A DNA stretch of 63,333 nucleotides, counting the filler, from Sphacelaria rigidula (Eukaryota): the NCBI GenBank assembly GCA_964200075.2. It is 10 parts of 10 records of this genome, joined end to end, with 100 filler letters (N's around TTAATTAATTAA, not from the genome) between each part and the next. Parts side by side here need not be neighbours in the genome. Positions count along the whole stretch, not along the records: positions 38,063 to 44,305 come from CAXNAA020021274.1; positions 44,406 to 50,648 come from CAXNAA020021275.1; positions 50,749 to 56,991 come from CAXNAA020021276.1; 7 more parts are not named here. One strand, given 5' to 3'. The notes under the pieces were generated by a model, which was given only the letters and a program-made list of their open reading frames with translations, was not told the origin of the DNA and made no database searches. Positions 38,735 to 51,081 of the stretch are shown in pieces (within the stretch, counting starts at the first letter, position 1; each line of letters begins with the position of its first letter). A program made the translations under genes and the position numbers.

Positions 38735-39599
38735 GCAGCACTACCCACTGGTCGCGCGACAGGAGCTCAATCTTCGACTGTCGAGATTTTTTAAGCGGAA
38801 ACGTTCAGCTCCCAACCCCCACATATATAGCGGACCATAAACGATGCTTATTTGCTGGGTCTCTTCGAGCGTTCGTCCATAACTAGGCGAAGATTGATGA
38901 TGAGGCCGGCAGGATCCGTCGCAGCCTGCGTGATCAACGATCACTGTACCCACTCTATCTAGCCGTCATCAGACAGCAGGGTGTTGAAAAAACAAAATGT
39001 CACGCACCGTGGGTTTCCACCGTATCAATGCACAACGGGCCATCAGCGACTTCCCCTGCTGCAGCTGTGACTGTGACCCCTTCCTCTACTACCAACCTAC
39101 ACATTCTTCAGTGTTATTGACGATGCTTTTTTTGTGGATTGTTACGTTCGCATAATTGGGGCACATATTACGCAGATATGACCCGTGTTAGAGGCTTCAC
39201 GTCAAAACTAGATGATGAGGGATCTCAGATCATTCTACTTGTGTTTGCTGCTGACTAAGTCAAGGCAATGTCCAACTGTTTTCAACTGCTTCGCTGTCAT
39301 GTTCTCGTGACATTCGCTGCATAACCACTGTCTTGTTCCCAAATCATCGAGAACGCAAAGAAAATCACGGTGAAAAAATACCTCGCCATGAGCGGGCTTT
39401 GGTGGCTCTTGTTTGAAGTTTTCGACGATCTTGAAAAGGGTTTTGTGGTTCGGGATCGATACCCCGCGAAAAAGAGCTAGTGTGGGCGACTTTCGATGGC
39501 AAAAACACGCGCCACAGCACGGTAACACAGATTTGTAAAATAGTTCTGTACGGTCTCTTCCTGCATGAGAGTGGTACTGCCTGTCTCGCGTACTCTTGA
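38646..39599 (-). mobile_element. Unclassified dispersed element (family E) carrying a degenerate Cys-rich ORF
   Basis: Reverse-complement homology to ~54310-55098, and partial homology to 48710-49030. Confidence 0.75.
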
Positions 39600-40269
39600 A
39601 ACCGAAGAACAGGTAGGTGGGGAATCATCCATCAAGTACAGTGTCATCCCGTGATACCCTAGGGTAGTACGGTCCCGGACACTCCATCATTACAGTACAT
39701 GACAATGCTGTGTGGTGACACATGATGGCACAGTTGGTATGGCGAGACCAGTGAACAAACAGTGCGCGAGAAGAGTTCAGTAGTGCAGTGCTATGTATCA
39801 CACTGCACGTACAGCGACAACAGACTATGATGGTACATTACCGTTTGTTGTGGCGATACACATGGCAGGGCATTGCAACATAAGATATTGCCATCGCCGC
39901 CGGGTACGGCGTTAGCACTAATCCGCTAGTCAAACCCCGTGCGAAGCTGCTTCAGCAGCTGGCGCGAGCAGGCACGCCCTGCGCTATCACGAGACTGTCT
40001 TCTTCTGCTATTGCAAAAAATATCACACGCCTCGAAACCCTACCATTGTACGTCAGTGTACGTACGTTACCTCCTCGAAATCGAGGGGACATCATCTTTT
40101 CCCCGATTTCTCGCATCAAAATCGGAGGAAATCGTCACACCCCGATTTTTCCCCTCCCGATTTGGTCCAAATCGGGGCCCACGGAAATACGTTCCCCGAT
40201 TTTTCCCCCCCGATGTTCGAAAAATTCGAGATTGGTGACTGCCATAAAAGGTTTTCTAACACAAACTAG

Positions 40270-40783
40270 CCCAATGTACAGTATATACTTGTACTGACGC
40301 CCTGACCGGGCAATATATTTGCACCCTTACGGGCCCAATATGTATTGACCGACCAATATACTGGCACCCACGCGGACCCAATATATATGTTGAACGGTCA
40401 ATATGTTCCCACGAAAGCGACCCTAATATATATATATTGGTCGTGCACAATATCTTCGCCCACACCGCCCCAATATATATTGATGGGATAATATGTGTAC
40501 AACCCCACGGTACCAATATATATATATATTTATATGTATGAGGCGGGCAATACGTTTGCAGTCCCACGACACCAATACATTATAAGTGCACAATATGTGT
40601 GCAGTCCACGGGATCCAATATATATATATATTACGCCGGCAATATATCATACGCAATAGGCAATAGATCCCATACTGTACGCAGTACATTTTTTGACCGT
40701 GTATTCTATTGTCCAGGGTATGCAATATATCGCAGTATTCCAATACGATCGACTAATATATATTGGGAATATATTGCATTGTC
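40270..40783. repeat. AT-rich degenerate minisatellite (CCAATATATATT-type units)
   Basis: Many tandem degenerate CAATATAT units. Confidence 0.75.
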
Positions 40784-40868
40784 CAGGGTGTGCAGAAGTT
40801 ACAGGATTGTCGGGTACCGGTATGAAAGTCCTGAAGAAGTTACAGAACTTGTCGGGTGAGGTGTGGAG

Positions 40869-41115
40869 GACACTTTCTACGATAGCCCCCCCCGAAACCA
40901 GCTCAAAAGTGTCACGAAAAAATGGCCATACAGCGCCAGATGTTTGGGTTCAGGATGCATGAAGCGCCTCATATTGCCGACATTGGCGAGAACGAACCCA
41001 AGCGTGGGAATTCCCTGCTTCTCGTCGTGCTCGGCTTTTGGCATTTCGATTTACGTGGAGAGTTTGCCTCCCCAAACCATGAACTGTTTTTTGGGGGGCT
41101 TTCGTAGAAAGTGTC
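40869..41115. mobile_element. MITE with GACAC termini and a 4-bp TSD (GGAG)
   Basis: TIR GACACTTTCTACGATAGCCCCCC / GGGGGGCTTTCGTAGAAAGTGTC, with GGAG at 40865-40868 and 41116-41119. The interior is homologous to 33590-33760. Confidence 0.85.
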
Positions 41116-41170
41116 GGAGATTACACAGAAAACAGTACCCGTAATCGGGATATTTCAATACGGGTATAGC

Positions 41171-42518
41171 TAGGGCTGTGCACTAGCTGCTCTGGCCAGT
41201 TAAGTTTAAACTGGCACCGCCAGCGGCCAGTACATCGATTGTTTTCCAGTCAATCGGTGCAGCCGATTTACTGGAAAACAATCGGTGGCGAGCGGCGAAG
41301 CTGAGGGGGGCCCGCGGAAGCGCCGCCGGAGGCGAGAAAAATTGCGTTAATTGGCTTGTTTTTCCTTCAAAAATGTGGAAATTGTAGAAAATGTGACCCC
41401 TCACATTGAGAAGCTAAAAGTCTTGGATGACGCAGGAGTGCCCACAAAACTCTCCGAGATCCTATGTACCCCCCCCCCCCCCCCCCCCCTCCGGCGGTCG
41501 TAGTTTTCTTGTAAGTTCAAGAAGCACTCAACAAATAGCCATGTTGGGGCGACTTGGGTGAGGTAGCGCTCATGATTGTTGGCCCTATCTACCAATACAA
41601 GATTCGACGAACATTGGACGCAAATTGATGATGCAGAGAGATGCGTTTAGCTTGATTGAGCAAGCATTGCAGAGTATCGTGGTATTTGTCTGGTCTTATT
41701 CTTGTCGTGAAAGTGTGATGTACAATGTATTGCCGAAACCCATAAATATAACTTGGCCTTACTTGGCTCCGAAGGTATGCGGAGAATAAAAGCTTCATTA
41801 ACACGAATTTAAATTTTGTATATATATATATATCTATTTTTTTCATCATTTTTTATTTTTATTTCTTTTTATGTATGAGATTTAGTAATCCCCCCCCCCT
41901 GAAAAACTCCAGGATTCAAAAAAGGGGCATAGGGTCTCGGATTGTTTCTCGGGCACTCTCGGATGACATTCAAATCCCATTCAAAGCGGTGAGCGATTCG
42001 AAAATCGTTCACCTGTAATATGCAGCAGAATACTCTCTGTGAGGAGAGGAGGATGCAAACAAGCCAAGGCTGGCAGCACGCGGGGATGAGAGCACAAAAT
42101 GATTCACGTCCGGACCCACGAGCACGCATGCAGTTGAATTGCAAGCCATGGTGTACTTTGTATTTTGTGGTTGCGGATCACCCTTTGTTAGCTATTTTCG
42201 ATTCCAGATGTCGTACTATGAAACGACAAACCTGGCATATACCCGCAACATCACTTCGAGGTATAGTGACCACGAGTACTGTACTGTACTGTCTGTACCT
42301 GTACTGTTGTCAGGTGCAGACCGCAATCCTACTGTCATTTTGTTCGTGATCATGTAAGCATCTTTGTCTTGAACTCACCACATAAAGAATGGTATAAACA
42401 TAGCCGGTAACGGCAAACTTCAAATATACTGGATAAACTTGAGTCCTCATCACCAGTTCAAGTTAGACTCCAGTTCCAGTTTAACTGCCCGTACAAACTG
42501 GTCCAGTTCACAGCCCTA
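41171..42518. mobile_element. Non-autonomous hAT-like DNA transposon
   Basis: TIR TAGGGCTGTGCACTAG / CCAGTTCACAGCCCTA, an 8-bp TSD GGTATAGC / GGTATAGG (7 of 8 match), and subterminal AACTGG/CCAGTT repeats. Confidence 0.85.
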
Positions 42519-45500
42519 GGTATAGGCGTTCGACCCGGTCACGGTATGGGAGGTCTGCAGAACTCGCAGAACTATCGGTGAAGGGTAAGAAATTCCCCAA
42601 GAAGTTACAGAGCTGTGAAGTACCTGTATGGAAATCTCACAAAAGTTACAGACCTCTCGGGTATGGGTAATATCCAGGAAAAGTACCCGGTGTACAAAAA
42701 CCCGTACCTTACAGAACACAATCTTTGAAAATATCACCGGACAGTTTGATCATCAATATGCGCAACCTTTCTGGAGATGCCAAGAAATAAAAGGCAGAAT
42801 ATTAGAGCATTTTGAAATTTCAGCAAACTAGAAAAACTCTCAACTCCACGAACAAAACATGAAACGGCGGTTTTCTCAGCCATTAATATTTTACTTGCGC
42901 GCAGAAGATGCTGGTGACGTTCCGGGGGAAAAAATATGAAATTGGGTCCAGCGTGGCACCTTTTGCATGACACCGCTGCACCCTGGTGCTTCAAGGGATC
43001 CGGGAACCTCCATTTACACAGTTCATGAATTCGAATCCCAACACGATCATTTGTTTTGCCACACTCTGGCGTTTCTTTTTCCCAACTGTGAGAAAAAATG
43101 ACCATCCTCGGGGATTGGGTCAAGTAAAAGCGTTGTAGTCCAGTTACAGTTGGATACTTGTGCCTGCGCTCGTCGTATGTGACAATCGGGTCGGAGGTCT
43201 TGTACCATGGTAGAGCTGCTGACGGGCTTGATGCATCTCGTAGCATTCCCCGTACACTCTTGACTGTGCGTGTCAAAGTTGTTTTGGCCGTGTTTCATGT
43301 TAAAAATGAAGACCAGAACACGCTCTTACAACACGAAATGATACGCACCAGGTACTCAATGGATTACAATGACGTCATCGCCAAAACTGCGCGATCGAAT
43401 AGCGGCAAAGCCGTGTATAATCAGATTGGTACGCAGATCACAGCCGTATGCCTACATCGGGCTGATTCGGATAACACAAGAGTTGTTGTGTGCTGAGGGG
43501 TTTTACGTTGCACAGCTGACCCAGCTCGTCTTCGCTTATATTTCCTGACGGATGGTAAATTGAGTTGCAGTCGGTCACATGATTCCGTGGGGGACCCAGT
43601 CGCGAGAATAACAAAAGTGGAGAGACGAGACCAGCTGCTCATGAGGTGTAGCCCTAAGTGCGTATAATGTTTTCCCCACATGTGAATATATTTCCGCATT
43701 CCCCTGCTTGGTATCTCGTACCGAATTGCGTCGTACCGAGAAAAGCGAGAGCACTACATCTGAGGACATGATATGAGATGCAAACCCAGCCAACGAACGC
43801 ATAACTGGTTCCGTTGGGAGCATGGGGCACACACGCTGTCCGGCACAGTATGCTTTGAGTTTAGACATGAAGTGTTGCTCTAGTAACGAGTAAATGAGGG
43901 ACACCACCAACAAACAGGTGACCCACGTTTTTACCGTAGTTTTGACGGCCGATATTTTCCACTCAACAGGCGGAACGGAATCTGTTGTGAGACCACAGAG
44001 GGCGATGGAACACGGTTGGCCATCAACAAGACCTAGACTCCACCCGGTCATCTGCACTGCTCGGATAGGAAGCGCGCTGTGCTGCCCTGAGCGCAGTCGG
44101 TTGTCGTAAGGTGGCCGTCCGCGTGGAACGAGTTCCACGACGAGAAGAAAGGGTTTCAAGCAGACACGAGGCGACATTAGATGGGAGGTTAAAGTGTAGT
44201 AAAGGTATATGCCGACGCTGAAGACGTGTTATCCGCCGAACTCTGAACACGCGCTTCACGTAGTAAGTAGTCTCGTGATATGAATCGGACATCGCAAATA
44301 GACACNNNNNNNNNNNNNNNNNNNNNNNNNNNNNNNNNNNNNNNNNNNNTTAATTAATTAANNNNNNNNNNNNNNNNNNNNNNNNNNNNNNNNNNNNNNN
44401 NNNNNTAAAGAAATGACTCACTTAAAGCGAATGATCAAAGCCACTCCCAATCGTATCATCTACTCTCAATCTCACGAAAACACTGTTGTATGTGTGTTGT
44501 CGTCTTATCTATTCTGTACGCCGGTCTAGACCTTTTGGTATATGTGGGCGCACCAGCCGGGGTCACATACACAGAAGGTCCGTGTTTAGGTTTTGAAAAT
44601 AGAAAACACTGCAGAACTGCCGTGTCTGGTGTTAAGTGTGGTACTCTGCACTTCATATATCACTGCAGAGTTATCTGGTGCTGAGTGTACCACGCTGTAC
44701 TCAAGATAATGGGGTCATTTTTTCAGCAGGTTTTCAAAAAGTTCTGCTCGTTCGTCGAAAAGGTCTGCTCGTTTTTTGAAGAGTATTCCGAGAAAAACGA
44801 GTGTTTTCTGTCACAGAATTCTAATGCCGAATCTGGAATAGCCTGAGACAGCCAATTTGAAAATTACCTTTGACAAACATACTTCCCAAATACGTGTTCA
44901 AGTGTTTCAAGGGCCTACTGTGTATGTTTGCGTAACCATCACTGTCCAATCATCACCTTACTACTCTTCCAAGTAGTGGTATTTCCAAAATTTGTCGTTT
45001 CAATATTGCTCGCACTGTTCGTAAAAATTGAAGTATGTCTCTCACTTTGCGCATGAGTGAAATGCATACGCGAGCTGGGTAAATCAGGTAGCTGGCGGCT
45101 GGACCCCTCTCCTTGCACCAGCAGTACTGTAGAATCACCATCAGGCCGCGGCGAGCGAGAGATATCCACTATGTGTGCGTGTGTTGCTGAACGAGACGCA
45201 CATCGATCGGGTCGCGCCTGAATGAGTAGAAAATATGTGCGAGCGACGTAGACGCGTTCAAACAGTTCAGATCGCTATTTTTCTCGTTTCCAAGGATAGT
45301 CTAGTAGACAGACTACCACCGAACGTAGCCCCCTCCCCTTACTCAAGAGTCATCTATGCACAAAAGAGTATCATATGCCGCTCAGAACTCAGCAGGCCCC
45401 ACAAGAACTAAAGCACAACACGTGGTTATCTAAAACACCTCTCACTTCAATGCACCACAGCCACAAACCACAAAAAACCCACGACCCACGACACAACCAA

Positions 45501-46720
45501 CGCCCATGACAGGGGAAGCAAGAGCGTGTGGTTTCCCCACGTGAAAATTCTACGGTACAGTACGACGGTTGTATACAAACGATTTTTCGGGAACACGCCG
45601 AACCAAGCCGGAGACGGCGGTCAGCGTCATCGAGGTGAAAAAAAAAAGCAAAACAAAAAACACAGCTGTTGAACTTGCCTCTTGGGCAGGCAGGACCCCC
45701 TGTAGAACAAACATATCTCTCGTCCGTCCGAACTTGTATCAGCTGTTCCGCCGCATGGCCCCCCATCACAAGCGCCACAACAGATCGGGGCAACATTCGG
45801 TGGCAGCCCGGCGCCACACCCACCCAGCCGGGAAAAGCTATTGCTACAACGACCCAGCTACACAGGAAGTACGAGTACCGTAGATTGTAATATATGCAGC
45901 GGAAAGCACCCCTTCCCTGATGACAAGGAAGAGGAAAGAAAATGTCGATCCCTCGAAGACTTCTGACGCTACACAAGCTCACACAGAACTCATCATAATT
46001 CATGATGCACGGAGGCATTCGTCGACGAAGGGTCATGTCATTTCCTCTTTAGTCAGAAAAAGCGGAAGCGAAAAAAATAAAACAGGTGTGTGGAATATCC
46101 ACGCATACCTCGTCCCCGACACCGCTGCACGCTACGGTTCGCACTCGTTTTGCAGCGCAACTTTTCAGGGAATTTGGGCTACCGGTACCACCAAGCCACG
46201 CGTGGCACCGCCCGACCGGTGATTTAAATCATAGCGGAAAACGTGCCCCAGAGTCCTGCCTCCCCGAGGCTAACAAGGATCCCCCTGCCTCCCACACAAC
46301 TCCCCCGTAGAGTACAGCTATACCTCGCCCGTACGACAGACGGCATCGTGATCGGCGCTACATCAATGGAGGGGGGAGGGGAGGAGATCAAACTCAGTTC
46401 AGCGTTTTTTTGTTTTTCCTTCTAGGAGCGGGAGCTATACCGTGCAACATTCTGTGGGTCGCTGCTTCCTCGTGAGGAGGAATGGGTTCAACGCCCTCAC
46501 CAAGACAGCAATACGGTGGGCAGGCCCTGCATATACTACAGGTCTAATCCTCCAATGTTCGATGTTTACAATCGTAGATACCATTGTTGTGCAGGGAAAA
46601 AAAACACGAAAAAAACGCCCACCAAAACAGGTGAAAAAGCAATGCCACCACAAAAAATTCGGGTGAGCTATTACTATTCGCCACAACTACACTACTACAC
46701 TACTACTACTATCACCACTA

Positions 46721-49700
46721 TCAATCATCCGGCACGACAAGGCCCCCTTCTCGTCGCGACTTGTCTGAGTCTTTCGATTTCCTTCGTCGCTTAGCTGGAG
46801 TGCCCCCCGTGCTACTACCACTACCCCCTCCCATGCTCTCCTTGTCGGCGCTCAGGGCTTCCCCCACCGCGGCCGCCGCCGCCGCCCCCGCCCGACCAAA
46901 CCCCAACGCCAGTCCTGAAGGCCCGCTGCCACTGCCGCTGCCGCTGCCACCCGTTTCCGGCGAGTCCATATCCACCACCACCGGCGTCGGAGACGTCCTA
47001 CCTCCACCTGCCGCCGCCGCTCCCTCACCTCTGCCCGCTGCCGCTACACCTCTCCCTGATGACGTCCGTACCCCTCCTGCCGCGTGCCTTCCTGCCCCCG
47101 ATCGTCCAGCGCCCGTAATGCCCGTGCCAACAACGTCCGCATACGATAATTGCTGCTTTCGCAGTGGCGCCGTGTTGTTCCGTTTCGCCCTCTCTGCCTC
47201 CGCCTTACTACTACCGCCGCCATCGTCGCCAACGGCTACTGCTGCCGGTTCCATCATCTCTGCTGTTGTTGTTGCAGCCGCTGCTGCTGTCGCCGCCGCC
47301 ACTTCCGTTATTGTTGATTCTGCCTGTATTGCTGGTGCTGGTGCTGGCGTTGGTGTTGGTGTTGTTTTAGCCGCCCCCCCACCCACGGCCGTCGCTTCCC
47401 GCAACCCACTCACTTTGACTCCATTCTCAACGCCACCACCACCACCACCACCACCACCACGCCCTCCGCCTCCACCTCCAGCACGCCCGCCACCACGTCT
47501 TCCTTCCCGACCACCACGACCGCGCCCGCCCGATGCCCCCCGGCTTTTGTCACCTCCCCCTCCCGCACCGCCGCCGCCAACTCCAAAACCGCCGTCTTGT
47601 ATCGTCCATGCAGCCGCTCTTGCGCCTCGTCCTCTACTGGCCCCCGACCGCGTACCCGAGGTTCCGTTTTCACTCCTACTGCGGGTGGATCCGCCGTGAT
47701 ACATACCTCGTCCCCCGCCCCCCCGATAATCACTTCCGTTACTACCGCCGCCGGTACCGCCCCCCCGTCCTCGCCCGTTTCCTCCACTCCCGCTGTTTCC
47801 CCCGTCGCCTGCGCCGCCACCGCCGCCATTTGCCCCGCCGCCGCCGCCTCCTCCACCACTGCCGTTTCCGGCGTTGCCGCTGCTGAGGTTTTGGCTAGGG
47901 CTGTGCTCGGATTGTCGTGGTTTTCTTGCTTGCCCCTCAGGGAAGCAGAACTCTGGCAGGTGGACCCCCTGCGTGGCGGTGACAGTCGTTACGGTCACGT
48001 GTTCGGTCGGTGAGGCCAGAGATGGACGAGGGCAAGGCGGCGTACACTGGACACAGTGAGTGACAAATAGAAACGCTTGATTGGTTCTTGTCGTCGTTGG
48101 GGTTTCGTCCCTCACGTACATACATCGTCGCTTCAGGGACAAAAAATCGTGACTTGCGAACGATGAACTTGCGCGAGCAACATACTACTGCAAGTTGTCC
48201 CGGATAAAATACAACTGGCCCTTCAACACAACGAGTTCCCGCACCGTTGCGCGGCTGGAGACCTGTGCGGACCCGACGATGCTAGCCTCAACTCCGCGAG
48301 TATTGAAAGCAACGAGACAGCTACATCATCACGATAAACCGAAAACCACCACTCGCACTTGTGGTCATCCTACCTGGACAGCCCTGACGTCGACCTCCAT
48401 GCCCTCGCGTCGTCGTCTTCGGTCGCCAACATTCCACATGTCCACCTGACACGAGAGAAGCAACACACACATACGCACACGAATGCGCGCGCGCGGAAAA
48501 AAATACATCGAGACCGAAAGGAGGTAGCTCATTTACACAATACCTGAAACTACCAAAAAAATACAAATAGAGAAGGAAAAGAGAAGAACACGAGGACAAG
48601 CTCACGGTTGAAAAAGCACAAACCGAAAACGGCAAATGAGTCAATTGCAAAATGAGACAAGTGATGATAAAAAATTGAAAAAAAAACACTGCGCGTTTCA
48701 TTGCGCACACAAGATGGCGAAATTTACCGCAGTACCACTCGTAGAAAGACAAGGGAAAGAGCAATCCCCGCCATTTCCATCAAAATCACTTCATTACTTT
48801 ATCTGTGCATGTATCATTTCACATTCTTCACCACTTTTTCCGATTTTACCCTGGCGGCAACGTAATTATTCCCGCGCTTTTTTTTTGCAGCGCACTGAGA
48901 AGGCTCAGGGGTACATTACGGTTCAGGTTTGGTTGTCATCTAATACCTGTGGCGCGTGTTTTGGCCCCCGAAAGTCGCTCAAACTGGCCCTTTTTTACGG
49001 GGTGTCGATCCCGAACCACAAAAGCCTTTTCGGCGGTTCCACCGTAGGCCTTCGTCCGGATTCCCAATTTTCCGAACCACGTCCGATAACACACGCGATG
49101 CTTTGTACAGCCACGATCACTACTGTACATTGAGATACAACAGTAGCTTCTCTCAACCGTATATTTTCGACTTGCGCCACCCCCGGGAGGCCCGTATCAA
49201 CCTCCCGAAGGGTAGCCTTGTATTAGTATATAGTATGGTATAGCAGATCGGACTCGTGACAAGTGATTTTGGAAGCACTGACGTATGAACCCCCATTTCA
49301 CAGGACCACGCTGGGGTATGACTTCCACCGTAATTTGAATTAGTACCGTACAGCAACCACGCTGCGATTGCTTACCCTTGACATGAAATCTCGCCACGCG
49401 GGGGTAAGGTCCACCGGCGTGGAGGACAAACCCCGGCGCTCCGCCATTTCCGGAAACTGCAGACCTATGCCTCGCGGAAGAATCGGCGCAGCAACAGAAA
49501 CATCGAGAATATGCTAATGAGCGCAAAATAACATGCGCGAGATGCGCACTACACAAGTAGAGGCCCAAGGGTAGGGGGGGCGTTCTCATGTGTTGCTTGC
49601 CTTAGTCGTCTGACCATTGACCACGCACCCCTTTCGAGATGGAGCACCGTTCCTACTCCTAATAGAGACCAGGGGGTGGATCAGGTGACGGAGGTGCGTG

Positions 49701-50495
49701 TAGAAGACGGCATCAAGCATATCAGCACGGGAATGCAAAACGGTGAGGAAAATGGCTGCAGGAGGCAAGGTGCACATACTGTCACCAATACATGTAGAAA
49801 TTTGATTTTGAGACGGTCGTGGGTTTCCTCCTCTCCCTAAAAAGGGCTGGACGGGTTTATCGAAACGAAACCGGGATAACAGCAAAAAGGGGGAGGGAGG
49901 GGAGGGGGGGGGGGGCAAATGCTCAAGTCCTGTACGCGTAGAACTACGCAGTTTCCCGCTTTTAGCTGGGCACAACAACAACCATCAGTGGTGACAAAAC
50001 AACAACAGCAACAACAACGACGACAAAACATAACATAACTCCTGTCGGGAAAGATCTCATAGCGGACAAGCATGGAGATGAAAAGGGCCTAGGGATACTT
50101 TACTTCCGAGGGGTTGTGTGCAATAAACGCGCCTTAGAAAATGGCGCACCATCATCGCCAACAGCAACAAGGCAAGAAAAATACGCCGTCACAACTTGAG
50201 TACAAGCTACACGAAGGGCATTTTTGTCACGCATCGGTATCCGTCCATCACACACGAGAAGAGAATATCATAATGGATACCATCAGCAAAAAGAGGACCA
50301 GGGTCCGGACCGTCACGCCACACTTCTTGTCACCCCCCCCCACACACACACATGCCAACCCGACCCCCCCAACTTGACAGGCCAACATACCACGAGATCC
50401 TCACCGATGAAGAAGGAGTTGCCGACGGTCCCTGTGTCTAAGTTTGTTAGCATCGGGTTCGGTAATGGGTTCGAGTACGGAGTAGCTTCCACTCC
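46721..50495 (-). CDS. Canonical nuclear poly(A) polymerase, 3' part (RNA-binding domain plus a long low-complexity tail)
   Basis: Phase-consistent exons 50495-50405, 49464-49376, 48445-48374 and 47968-46721 give GNSFFIGLQF...VDLTPAWRDFMSRVDMW...EGMEVDVRAVQGVHLPEFCFPEG. This matches the PAP RNA-binding domain motifs (SFFIGL, DLT, GM.(V/I), LP.F.FP). The catalytic domain is outside the contig. Confidence 0.75.
48710..49220 (+). mobile_element. Short family E element (CAAG...CTTG ends) in a poly(A) polymerase intron
   Basis: The 5' part is homologous to 54173-54395. The 3' end TATTTTCGACTTGCG.CACCCC...CCTTG is homologous to 55998-56057. Confidence 0.7.
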
Positions 50496-51081
50496 CTGTC
50501 AACACGTGCACAAAACACACAAAAACACGAAGAAGAGGAACGACATCAACAAGGAGGGGTGTACTCATGATCATGCGTGCCATAGTCATAAGACCATTGA
50601 CCTCGCATCCCTACAATGCCGGGACGGAGCACGCCGGGTTTTCGCCGGNNNNNNNNNNNNNNNNNNNNNNNNNNNNNNNNNNNNNNNNNNNNTTAATTAA
50701 TTAANNNNNNNNNNNNNNNNNNNNNNNNNNNNNNNNNNNNNNNNNNNNTTGAACCTCATTTTGTTTTTCAACCCCATTTTCGAAAATCGGCTGTTAACAC
50801 GTCCTTTCGATTCATGCCCGAGAAGAATACATAACCACATCGCACCTCGATGCGATTGGTGACGTGATCATTCACCTGAAACCGTTCTTCTGCGGCACAA
50901 AGGACCATACACGCTGAACTGAGAACTCATCACACACTCCCAGCTGAGATACTGGTGGCGATGCGATTCACATGAGCCGGCTTGAAGTCGCCTCCCCTCC
51001 TGGTGAATGACCAATGGGTGTCGCCAGACTCAGTTTCAGAAACCTGCCCCCTTTTCGCTGGATCGCATCGTGCTGACTCAC

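Larger units (their letters stand above)
40784..42727. mobile_element. MITE-like host element (GAAGTTACAGAAC/GTCGGGTA subrepeats) split by two insertions
   Basis: The same subrepeats occur at 40784-40868, 41116-41170 and 42519-42727. Confidence 0.65.

Noticed and set aside
42734..44292. Several minus-strand ORFs of 80-200 aa
   Set aside because: No recognisable motif, and no phase-consistent exon chain could be built.
46761..47699. 312-aa Pro-rich plus-strand ORF
   Set aside because: It is the antisense shadow of the GC-rich last exon of the poly(A) polymerase gene.
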